A stretch of 52,850 nt of DNA, filler included, from Bipalium vagum (lineage: Eukaryota), in assembly GCA_037834085.1 (NCBI GenBank). It is 3 parts of 3 records of this genome, joined end to end, with 100 filler letters (N's around TTAATTAATTAA, not from the genome) between each part and the next. Parts side by side here need not be neighbours in the genome. Positions count along the whole stretch, not along the records: positions 1 to 18,216 come from JBBMKC010036014.1; 2 more parts are not named here. One strand, written 5' to 3'. Within the stretch, counting starts at the first letter, position 1. Every line of letters begins with the position of its first letter. Below, one piece after another: positions 1 through 11,094 of this stretch. The position numbers were made by a program, and so were the translations under genes. The notes beneath the pieces were generated by a model. The model saw only the letters and a program-made list of their open reading frames with translations. It made no database searches and was not told where the DNA came from.

Positions 1-322
1 AATTAATTTTTAATTATTAATATTATTAATAATAATACTATTATTATTATTATTATTTATGCATTATTTATCATTTTTATTATTTATTTTTCCCCGGGGG
101 GTGTCTTGGTAAACCCAACAACAGTATGAAATCTCAAGAAAAATATCGACAATTGATTTAAAATACGAAACATTAAAAAATGTAATATTTAATATAATTA
201 CATAAAATTATCTGAAAACCATAAGAAACGGTCCACAACCGTATAAAGCAAAATCTAGTATTTAAAAGACAATCAGTATAAACATTCCAGATCAGAGATC
301 AATAGATAGAAGATCAAAGAAA

Positions 323-2274
323 TCATGTAGTTTGAATATTGTTCCAGTCTGATAGAACATAACAATTATTTTTAAATATTGCACCTTTTTTATTGTTATT
401 GTGACACAATGATTTCTCTTTATAATTTGTATAATTTGGTAAGATGATTCCATCTAATATTTCGTCGACACTCCATTTCAGATCATTAGAAAAAGTTTTA
501 TTGGACCTGGACATAAAATATTGATCAAAATGTAAATAAAATTGGGAATTAATTTCCAGAGCAATTTGTTCAATTAAAGAAATGGTCTGCTGCCTTTGCT
601 TGTTCATCAAACAAACTGATGAATGAGATATGACTCGTTTAAGGGTTTCCAAAAATTCCTTTGCTTCATTGACTTTAAAATGATTTTTTAAGTAGCTTAG
701 GATAACTTTACGTTGTGATGACAAGTCAATGTAATCAATAAAAAATCGTGAGCACATATATCTTTCAAGGATTGACGTTTTTGAACTGTCGGGAACGGTA
801 AAATTTTGAACGAGTAACTTACAATATTTCAGGAGACCCCCTCCACGAATATTTTCTGGTTCAGAAGTGATAATATATCTTTTTCTCAAGTGATTAAGGG
901 CGTCTGTTAAATTTAACCATTTTGAATTGACATAGACTGTCGGATAGAAATTTTTATTAATGTACACACCGTAGGGAGAAAATTTAGATAGTGCCTCATA
1001 AAATATCAGTAGACTATCAAGGATGATTTGAAAAGAATCAATCGAAAATTCATATTGTCGTTTCATACGATGCGTGAATTTCAGATCAATTCTACACGAT
1101 TTCCAATCAAATTGGCCATTGCATCCCAATCCCAAGAGAGACCAACTATCACCATTATCAGGATTTTGAACTTTTACAAGCTTGTGAATATAAGATAGCT
1201 TTTGAGTTTGAAAAAGTTTCAACGTGCTTTCAGACATCGGCTGTAATAGATCATAAATCACTTCCAAAACTGCCCTAATTGTATCACTGAAACAATCATC
1301 ATCATCTTCAATTTGGGAACTATCAAGAATAATAAGTATGTCGATATCATTATATTTAAATGCTTCATGAGGATCTACAATGATTGAACCAATTAATCAA
1401 GTAATATTTAAAACGAGGTTAATTAATAAAATATCAAAATTACACACGCATATAAAAAAGTCAATAATAATAATCATAATAATAATAAAGTATTAATTTC
1501 AATAAATATAAAGAATAATGAAATATATTTTCTGCTTCCTTTATTTTTCTTTTTCTTTTTCTTATTAATGTTAATGCTATTCCTTTATTTCTGTTATTAA
1601 TAAAATGAATATTCTTATTGTTTCCATAAATTATTAATTTATTATTATTTTTATGGTTTCAAAACACAAGTTTCCTTAGAAATTAAAAATTATAATCAGT
1701 ATCATTTTTTCTACCAATAAAAATTTCCATTTGAAATTAATTTCTTACATTAATTTTCCTTTTTTAAGATTTCGACATTTAATAAAATAATGTCATAATA
1801 AAAAAATTGACATTGAAACAAAATTATGCTCCACAATGAATATATTTTTCAATTTAGAGAATTGGGGTTTTGAACAGATGTGATATACTGTCACAAGATT
1901 TCTTGAAGCCCCTAAAGACCATTTACTACATAATTAAAAGAATAATTATAAATAATTGATAATTTTTCTAGTTTTTAAATAATAGAAAAATTATAAATTA
2001 AAAAGAAAAATTAAAATCAATAACCAAGAACAGCTGCTGCACCTCCACCATTTAATCTTATGTCAAGCATGGGAAATTGGAAAATTTCTAATTTATGTTT
2101 AACTTCTAAAATAAAATCCTTCACTGTTACAGATATAGTCGGTAAGCCACAGTCTCCGCAGATGATCAAAGTCTCATTCAAAATACCATCCAATCGACGA
2201 ACTTGATTATATTTTAAGATATTGTTCTTCGAGTTTCTGTTGAAAGTTTTACAATCACTGGCAGTCATTATCAT
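323..2274 (-). CDS. TENT5: Terminal nucleotidyltransferase 5 / FAM46-family non-canonical poly(A) polymerase; exons 2274-2025 and 1374-323
   Basis: A phase-1 intron 2024-1375 (GTTATT...TTGTAG) joins IRLNGGGAAAVL to DPHEAFKYNDIDILI, rebuilding the NG(G/S)AA...DxD nucleotidyltransferase motif. Exon 2 has the FAM46 signatures DSWSLLGL, DLKF..MKRQYEFSIDSFQIILDSLL, IRGGGLLKYC and LERYMCSRFFID. Start could be ATG 2274 or 2268. Confidence 0.92.
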
Positions 2275-4223
2275 GATAATTGTTGTAGCAATAAGCAAAT
2301 AGGCAAATATTAAATAAGTCTATAAAATTGCTGAATTTCTATTGGTTCCTGCAATACGTGATTTAGAATGGTCAACGAAAATTCACTGCATGTATTCCTC
2401 GTCCACTGCCTTATTATACAGCATACATAATGGTTTTCATCGATTTATTATCCTTATACAAACTAATTTTATATTTGGTCGTGGTGGGATGCAGAATTTT
2501 CAGACATTGATGTCTGTTACAAATTCCAAACACTGTTTGATTTTTTCAAAATAATAATGTACAAATTTTTTATAACTTCATGTACCAATAATATAAAGCC
2601 TGTTGGTTTTAAATTATGATAACATAAATAAGAAGATAGGTTTTAATAATTAAAAAATATTTCTTTTTTTTTAATATAATAATAATACGACAGTCAACAT
2701 ATTGATTATAACAATTGCGAAATATTTTTTTTAGTTTAATTTTTCAAAGAATATCCATTGAAATTTATTTATTCACCTTTAATAAAATATTATGATATTA
2801 GTTCCAAATATTGGTGATAATTGTTTATTTTTTATTAATTTAAAATCGGTGACCCTTAAGATTTAATTTTAATAATTTTAAAATATATTTATCTTATTTT
2901 AAGGAATCAAGTACGGGATCGAATCTTGGGGAAAATATATTTTTGTTGTTGGGACTGTCCCGTCTCTTTTAACAATTAATGATAATATTATAAGATAAAA
3001 ATAAAAACACTTTAAAAATTAAATTAATTAATACTTCTTGTTGAAGTTAGTATAATAGTATGAATAATATAAATAGTTTAAAAAATTGAAAAAGGAAAAA
3101 CTCTCAGAATATAAAGCATGCTTTTGAAGTGAAATTCAGTGATATATAATCCAAGGAAGAGGCTTATCCCAATATTCTGAAATTTTAATTTTTCCAACAT
3201 ACTTTTTGATTCAAATTATGCATTTATTCGTAATATTATTTTTATGACTCTGAAAGTAAATAACAATCTACTTTTTTGATATGTAAAGGTTAATCTAAAT
3301 CAAAACTTTAAATCAAATTGGTCAATAAAATTTTAGACTTTTAAACATGAATCTTTAATTTAATATAACCTGTGATGCATAAAAAAGTGCACAGAGTTTA
3401 AAGTACTTAAAAACATAAAGTTAAAAAGCTTAATGTTACTTAAATAAAGAACATTAAAAATATGTTTATTTATAAGATTGTTGGGATCTATAGAAAAAGA
3501 GGTCTCAAGCAATTCTAAAACTGAGATTACAAAGGAACCGGAACCACAACAAACCAACCAAGAGCTGATGGACAGTGATTCCCCACATCTCATAATTGAC
3601 ATGTAACAATTTTTGTGAATTTGCATGAAAAAGCCATGTTAGGCTTACTTTCCTTTTATTATAGACTCCTTATGTAGTTTTATATTTTATAAAAAATAAT
3701 AATATTTAAATTATAAATTTGTTTTTAATGAAAATAAATAAATATAAATTGTGGGTTGAAGTTAATTAAAACTTAACCCACAAAATTAATAAAAATATTT
3801 AAAATGAATAATAATGATTCAAAAAATGAAACTTACTCTAAATACATTAATATTAGTGAATGTTTTTTGTTCTCTTTGCAAATCGATTCTGCTTCGCTCT
3901 AGGCGACAGAACACGTATTTTTGACATAAGGGCTTCTTGGTTATCATAAAACCAGGAAGACATTAATTAATTAACTAATAGATATTATTGCTCAGAAAGA
4001 GTTGTATTGTTTTGAAAAATATATTTTTGTAATAAAATTGTGCTATCTCAGTTGATTATAGCTAGATTTAGTTCATATCTTAAAACACTCATTTGTTATA
4101 CTACCTTTGAAGGAGTTGGTGAGCCCACATCTAACCTATATTTATATAGTTAGCATTTTATATTTTCGAGATTAATTCTCGCATTAAACGTCGAACCAAA
4201 CACTTACAGGATATACTGATGAC

Positions 4224-5280
4224 TAGGGCCACAAAAAGTCAATGACGTTAAAAAACATTTTTAAAGTCAATAAAGTTAATAAAAAATTATATAGTCAATA
4301 TAGACAAATAAAATTAAAAAATTTTTAATAATAAAGAAATTTTTTAATAATAATTAATATTTAAAATGCCAAAAATTGCAAAATCTTTAAGAGTAAGTCT
4401 CAAAAAATTACAAGAAAATATCCGGACGAATTTTTAATTACATCTGAAGGTAATTTTTTTGTTTGTGTTGTAATGCAGACATCACATATCATAAAATGTT
4501 TTTTGTTGATAAAACAATTGATAAAAAAATTTTTTATTGTTGAGCATTTCTGCAAAATAATAGCCAAACAAATTCAAAGAAACTTTTCAATTAGTAATTT
4601 TTGCCAAAGAACAATGATGATTTTATTATAAATCTAACAAAAGCACTCCTAGCTTCTGATATTCCATTGTGGAAATAGCTAAATTAATCTCTTCCTGAAC
4701 TTTTTCTTCTTTAGGACATCCTCTTCCTATCAATGAAACATACAGATCACATTTATCAGCTAAACAATGACGAAATCCAGGCAGTAAAGAATAATGAACA
4801 AAACAAGCAGATTTTTAAAATTATGGATGAATAAGAAGTTTTGAATTATAAATGTATTAATATTCTCGTGAGTATTCTTGAAAAGCCTGGCGTCTCTTAT
4901 TTATGTGAATGTCTTATTCTTGATTCATTCATTAACTCTACTGGTATTGTTCATATTATAAATGATACTTTTCCATTTCTAGGATGTGGTCGAGAACAAT
5001 TTTGTTTACTTCTCACAGATACCGCGCCATATATGGCATGTGCAGTGTAATCTTTGAATATTTTATATCCACATCTTTTTCATGTGATGTGCATAGCAAA
5101 TTTACTTCATAATTGTGCAATGAAAGTTAAAAGCTATGAAAGTTAAAAGCTATTTAAAGTTAAAAGCTAAAGTTTAATAGCTATTTCGCTATTAAAAGCG
5201 ACCAAAGTATTTAAGTTAATTTGTGCAACATTTGTTGAGAATCCTATCAACAGCACCATGTTTTTAGATTGGTAAAAAGC
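4224..5280 (+). mobile_element. Decayed hAT-related (CGGBP/DUF659-like) DNA transposon
   Basis: Possible left end TAGGGC at ~4224. Frameshifted reading from ~4366 gives MPKIAKSL..KYPDEFLITSEG..CCNADI..KMFFVD, later FCLLLTDTAPYM..LYPHLFHVMCIANLLHNCAMKVK, which are typical of this transposase group. Multiple stops. Confidence 0.7.
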
Positions 5281-5599
5281 AAATGGAAAAAGGGCGCTAC
5301 ATTATATGACTGAAAGAAAAAAAATTGGACAGATAAATAAAATAAGAGGACATCTATAAACAAAGGCTTTTTATCTTTGTTGACTAAAAAATATTATATT
5401 TTTTGTTTATGTAAATTAAATATATTTTTTAAATGTACATATGCGTTTAAAACGATACATTTATCTAAGATTATTATTTTTAATCAGAAAGCAATAATAA
5501 GCCAAATGAATGATTTTGTCAAAGGTACAATATTTGCATTTTTCAAAAATATCATTTTTCTTGAAAGGCTCTGGCATTCGCTTCAAAAATGTCAGATCA

Positions 5600-5780
5600 A
5601 TAGATGAATTGGTGATTTTGATAGTTCAAAAACGATTCCAATGATCTGTAACGCAAAGTGTGTTCTGGTCGTTCAGTTTCTGTGACAATAAATGAGGAAA
5701 TCGAAAAAATTTTTGAAAATGATTGATGATAGCCCTTTCCTTAATCTTCGGGAAATGTCAGATAAGTGTAATATTCCTCG
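5600..5780 (+). mobile_element. Short mariner-like transposase N-terminal fragment
   Basis: Degenerate W..RFQ....SGRS....EEIEKIFE.IDDSP.L.LRE reading resembling the mariner HTH region. Confidence 0.35.
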
Positions 5781-6625
5781 TGAAAAAAATTAAAACTAAT
5801 CAATTAAATCAATGGAAAGCAGAAAGAAGATTAGAACCAGATTTAGAGAAATTTCATAAACCAGTTACAGATGTTCTAATCATAAAAATGAAAAAGATAG
5901 TAAAGAAAAGGATTCAGCAAAGCCTCCCGAGACGAAGTCGAAGTTCTATAATGAAAACCTTCAATAGATTTTAGTAAACAACCTATTTCACCATCTTTAA
6001 CTTTGGATTTAAATACTTCTAATTTAAAACGAACCATTACTCCATTAATTATAGATAACACATTAATAATAAATCAAATGCCATTTTTAATTATCAAAGC
6101 AAATGAAAAAGCATTTGGAAAATATAGTAATCCAAAAGATCTAAAACCAAATGATGAAAAATTATTTGAATTAACTAAAGATTTAAACTTATTAATAGAA
6201 GGAAAATTTAATTCAAATATTTCAAAAATTTCTCAAAAAAATTTTTTCAAAATTTAATTCAAAAATTTGTGAGGATTAAAATGTTTTAAATAATTTAATT
6301 AGTTAAAATATTTATTATTTAAATTAATTAATTAATTTGTTTGAATAATTGTTATATTAAAATATAATTTCGAAATGACTCTTGATAATTTATCAACCGA
6401 TATAAATGTAACTAACAAAATTTAAGTAACTATCTTAAAATAATAAAAATTGATACACGATCACAAACATATAAATATATTAAAAGTATAAACAAAGAAG
6501 CATTTACAAATATATAGCAAGATGGACAAGGATATAAAATTTATAAACCAAAATATTTACCTGATAAATTTATAACTTTAAGAAAATATTTACCTGCTAA
6601 AAATCTAGGCCATGATAATCTTGAT
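5780..6625 (+). pseudogene. Conserved Polinton coiled-coil protein, copy 1 (paralogue of 14381-15163)
   Basis: KTNQLNQWKAERRLEPDLEKFHKPVTD ... GYKIYKPKYLPDKFITLRKYLPAKNLGHDNLD, alignable by eye to copy 2. Frameshifted and cut by a MITE at 6626. Confidence 0.7.
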
Positions 6626-6851
6626 ACACAAAGTGTACCCTGTTTATCCCCACGATTTTTCATGAACAAAAACTGCCCTAAAAATGGGTTAAAAAATATA
6701 CTTTTGGCAACAAAAAAAATTATACAAAATTACTAAAAATATAAAAAATATAAAAGTAAAATATAAAAAAGCACAAAATATATATTTTAATAATTCATGG
6801 CTTGTTTTTGTTCACGAAAAAATGTGTTGATAAGCAGGGTACACTTTGTGT
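6626..6851. mobile_element. MITE with ~50-bp imperfect terminal inverted repeats
   Basis: Left ACACAAAGTGTACCCTGTTTATCCCCACGATTTTTCATGAACAAAAAC; the right end is its near reverse complement GTTTTTGTTCACGAAAAAATGTGTTGATAAGCAGGGTACACTTTGTGT. Confidence 0.85.
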
Positions 6852-7260
6852 CATACAAATATAAAAAAATGTAAGATACATTTTTAAAAAAATCACTAAA
6901 AAAAATAATTTTACTGGAGACAAATATATATTTTTTTAGTTCAAAAAAATCAATAAAGAATTCACTAAAAATTGTTGAAAAATGGTATTGTGAATTTTGG
7001 GAAAAATCAATTAATAAAAAAATAATTCATCATGAAAATACAAAAATACATGAAAAAAATATTCAACAATTTCAACGACTAAAAACAACGACAATGACGA
7101 AAAATCAACGATATCGACGAATAAAAACAAGACCTATAAAATAAAACAACGATTAAAAATAACAATAACATCAATAAAAAAACAAAAATTTATCAACAAC
7201 TAAAAATAAAAATCTAAATATTCAAAACATTCAAGAAAGATTTCTATCTTTTTTATAAAA

Positions 7261-8952
7261 ACAGGAGGTGACATCCAATCACAAATTACAAATAATAAAT
7301 TTTTTAACAAATTTACAACTGGAAGATATCCAGGTGAATTACATTTAAAATCTTCAAATTCTTTAAATAAAACAAACCCAGTTCACAATTTTACGGGTCA
7401 ATTGGGCTTGAGTGGACTTTTTATAGAAGTCTGCTTGTGTTCGTAAATTAAATAAAAAAGCTGAATACTTTTAAATTATTTTACAAATGCAACACCTTCA
7501 AATTACGGGAAACTAAGGAGTGTCTTGTTCTACTACTTCAATTGAGAAATCTTTTGAAGGATCTCAGGTAATGACTGATCTCGAAAGTAATAACGAATAA
7601 GAATTGGACAATCCGCAGTCAAGCTCCTATGTTCATTATGATAAGAATATGGAGAAGGTTCAGAGACTAAACAGAGGTGAGCTTGAGAAATCTAATCAAT
7701 TTCAATGATAGCTTAAGATATAGTCCAGAATAGAAATATTCAATATGTTCTGCCTGGAACAAATGTTGACAAACGTTTAGAAAACTATGAAGAAATATTA
7801 GAAAATTTTGAAGAAAATCAAGATTTATCAATTCTCCCAATTCCAAAACCTTATTCAAATCCAATAAATCGAGTTGATCAAGCAGCAATGAAATATTATG
7901 TAAAATATATGTCATTTGATTTAAAAGATAGAAATGTTGAGGATGTTGAAATGATTCATGAAATGAAAAATATTCAAAATCGAACTCCAATAGAAAAACT
8001 TGAAAGTGCAATTGTAAAATAAATTATGCGAGCAAAAATTGCTCTTGGATCGGCTCTGCCGACTCTGAAAGGAAAGATAGCTTTAAGTTTAGGATTAGAA
8101 AGATCTTCAAAGACACTCGCAAATGAAAAACTTTTCAAAAATTCAAAAATTCTTCCTCCCGAAAAAAGTAAGCAACTAGCAACTAAACTTCATAAAGATT
8201 TTAGAAAAACTAAAAATTTCCTAAAAGTTAAAGTTAATAATAAAGATGATATTTGGTCTGCTGATCTTACTGAAGAAAAATATTATAAAATAATTCTAAC
8301 AGTTATTGATTTATATACGTTTTGCTTTTGCTGCTCCTTTAAAAAAAAAGCAGGTCAATCAATTACAGATGCTTTCGATAAAATATTTGAAGATTCTAAT
8401 AGAGTTCCAGAAAAACTTTGGGTAGACAAAGGAACAGAATTTTATAATAAAATATTTGAAAATTTTTGTGATGATAATGAGATTGAAATTTACTCAACAG
8501 AGAATGAAGGAAAAGCAGTTGTAATAGAAAGATTTAATAAAACTCTAAAAAATTTAATGTTTAAAAATTTACAGAACAAGGAAACAGAAAATGGTTAAAT
8601 CTTTTACCAAACTTAATTAATTTTTATAATAACAAAATTCATGATTCAATTGGAATGAATCCTAACAAATCCTGAGAAATTAAAGATTGAAAATAATAAA
8701 AATGAAAATAATTCGAATGAAAATATAAATCCATTAACTTTGAAAACTAAATTTTATATCGGAGATAAAGTTACAATTTTTAAATATAAAAATAAATTTG
8801 AAAAAGGATATACTGCAAAATGGACAGATGTAATTTTTATAATAAATAAAATTTATTATACAACTCCAATCGTTTATGGATTAATAGATTTAAATGGAGA
8901 AAAAATATTGAGCAGATTTTATGAAAATGAATTGCTGAAATCTTCATTTTAA
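7261..8952 (+). pseudogene. Polinton PLA2X (parvovirus VP1u-type phospholipase A2) domain in frame with retroviral-type (rve) integrase; interrupted and frameshifted
   Basis: GGDIQ..GRYPGELHL..HNFTG|PGTNVDKRL..PINRVDQAAMKYY..Y..DR..D, then after one TAA MRAKIALG..LATKLHK..DDIWSADL..LWVDKGTEFYN..KAVVIERFNKTLK (D,D,E present). The C-terminal part reads KF.IGDKV..FEKGYTAKWT..RFYENEL (8740-8952). Confidence 0.88.
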
Positions 8953-9481
8953 AAATTAAAATGTTATTGTTTTACTAAATCATTTTAAAAATAAAATGTT
9001 TTTGTATGTCTACGTTGATAAACAGTTCAAGATTTCAACTTTTATGTCTATGTTTGTAAAAAGTTGACAAGATAAATTTAACCAACTTGGCTGATATTTA
9101 TTAACAAGATCAACCTAACCAATTTGGTTGATAAGAATTAAATAAAATTAAACAATAACAGTAAAAATAATAATAAAGGAAATAGTAATATATAATCAAT
9201 GTTAATCACAAATAAAAATAAAATAAATACTGAATGAAACATTGTAATTTTTCTTTTTTGATTTCTTTGGTTTTAATTCTATATTAATTCTAAACAAATG
9301 AATAAATTCATGTGTGGTTCATTGAGATTCATGGAGATAAATTTTGTCCCCTTGTTACAGTTGTCTTACAATTTGGACCACTCATGTATTTCATTTAGTG
9401 TTTTTTAATAGTATTTCTATTTAACTAAATAGATAAAAAATAAATAAATAAATTTAGTATTTTCAAATTTATTTTTAAAAA

Positions 9482-10044
9482 ATGATTAAAAAATCACTGA
9501 GGAAAAATTAAAAAATATTATAGAGATAAGAAAACATAAGTATATTAGTTTCAATGGTGAAAAATATTACCTCTCCAAGAAAATAATTAACCAAGTTAAA
9601 GAACAAATAAATGAAAATGAAGAAATTAAACAAGGCGGTGTTCTTCCATTAATTCCAATACTTTGAGCAATATTTGCAGGTTTAGGAGCAGCTGGTGGAG
9701 TTGCAGGAGGAATTGCAACAACTGTTCAGAAAGCAAATGAAACAGCAAAAAATAATGCAGAGAAAGAAAAGATTGAGTTGGAAAAAGAGAAGTTAGAAAT
9801 GGAAGTTGAAAAGCTGAAACCAAAAACGTCCACAGAAGTATCAACTGGAACTGGACTTTACTTCAATCCATATTTTGGAAAAGGGTTGAGAGATACATTT
9901 TTAAATAGTACAGAATATAAAAGTTTACAAAAACCTGAAAAGAAAGATTTAAAGGAATTATTGCAAAAGCTTTGTAAAAATAAAATTAAAATAATCAAAC
10001 AAGGATCTGGAGTATTTATTGATCCTTACGAGAAAAGTAAATAA
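9482..10044 (+). pseudogene. Polinton/adintovirus core or membrane-active protein (adenovirus pX/pVII-like, 'cupiennin-like')
   Basis: IKQGGVLPLIPIL*AIFAGLGAAGGVAGGIATTVQKAN...GTGLYFNPYFGKGL...QGSGVFIDPY. GG-xLP and G.GLY..PY motifs, located directly upstream of the protease. Confidence 0.75.
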
Positions 10045-10179
10045 ACACACCGAATGTGCTAGAGCCGAAGACTCGTTTTCCCAACTCAAAATTTCCCCAG
10101 CAATATTTTTTTTCCCAACTTAAATTTTTTTCTAATATAAAAATTTCTAACAATTTTTTTTCAATTTATTTTTTAAAAA

Positions 10180-10580
10180 ATGATCTAAGAAATAGTGGAA
10201 TTCTTTTGTAAATATGGTAATATCAACTACAAAATTTGATTTAATCAATATTGCAAAAGATTTAGGTAAGTTTTCATGTAAGATGAAGAAATTAAATTAA
10301 AATATATTAATTCTGATTTTCCTTTAATTTGAAAGAAGAAGGAATCCATTGGCTTGGATATTGTAATTGTGTTTATTTTGACTCTTATGGTATTTTGACG
10401 AACTATAGTATTCAATAAATTAGTTTTTCAAATTGAAATGGATTTGATGTATAGTGGACAATTAACTTTATATGTTTTATATCAAATTTATAAAGAAGTT
10501 CCATTCAATAATTATTGTTCATGTAACCAAAATGAGAAATTTTTAGAAATTTTAAAGGGTTACAAAATGTTATTTTAGAA
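10180..10580 (+). pseudogene. Adenain-like cysteine protease, copy 1 (decayed; catalytic Cys reads Ser)
   Basis: ..STTKFDLINIAKDL..GIHWLGYCNCVYFDSYG..FQIEMDLMYSGQLTLYVL; alignable to copy 2. Confidence 0.75.
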
Positions 10581-10638
10581 AAATTAAATTAAAAAATAAG
10601 AATATAAAATTTAAAAAATTAAATTTTATTTAAAAAAA

Positions 10639-11080
10639 ATGAGTCAATTTAAGATTGTAAAAACAAATACATCACTAGAGTCTTATGTAAATATGGAATT
10701 AACTCAACTACAAATGTTGATTTAATAGATATTGCAGAACATTTAGAAATGCCCTTAAAAGTTTTATTGAAAGATGAAGTAACAGAAAAAAGAATAAAAT
10801 CTGAAATTCCATTAATTATTAATTATCAAAATACAAATCAAAAAGGAATTCATTGGGTTGAATATTACAAAAATTTTTACTTTGATTCCTATGGTTTACC
10901 ACTACTTGAAGATTTGGAAAAACATGTAAAAGAGTATAACAAATTTGATTTTCAATCTGAAACAGATTTAGCGTATTGTGGACAATTATCTTTATATGTT
11001 TTATAGAAACGTTTTAGTGGAAAAAAATTTGAGAAAATTTTAGAAGAGTTGGAATATTTTATTTTTGAAAAGCTAAAATT
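10639..11080 (+). pseudogene. Adenain-like maturation cysteine protease, copy 2
   Basis: CKYGINSTTNVDLIDIAEHLEMPLK..IINYQNTNQKGIHWV..YFDSYGLP..FQSETDLAYCGQL, with His, Asp, Gln and Cys in adenain order. One 5' frameshift and a premature TAG at 11004-11006. Confidence 0.85.
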
Positions 11081-11094
11081 TAAATTTAAAAAAT

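Noticed and set aside
7050-7200. Repeated CAACGA units as a CRISPR-like or satellite array
   Set aside because: Irregular short low-complexity repeats with no repeat-spacer structure.
7397-7752. The 354-bp insert as a spliceosomal intron or in-frame intein
   Set aside because: No AG at the position needed to restore GPG, and it has an in-frame stop after 15 codons.
7667-8011. 114-aa minus-strand ORF (similarly 9626-9844)
   Set aside because: Antisense to the PLA2X and core-protein frames, which carry the real motifs.
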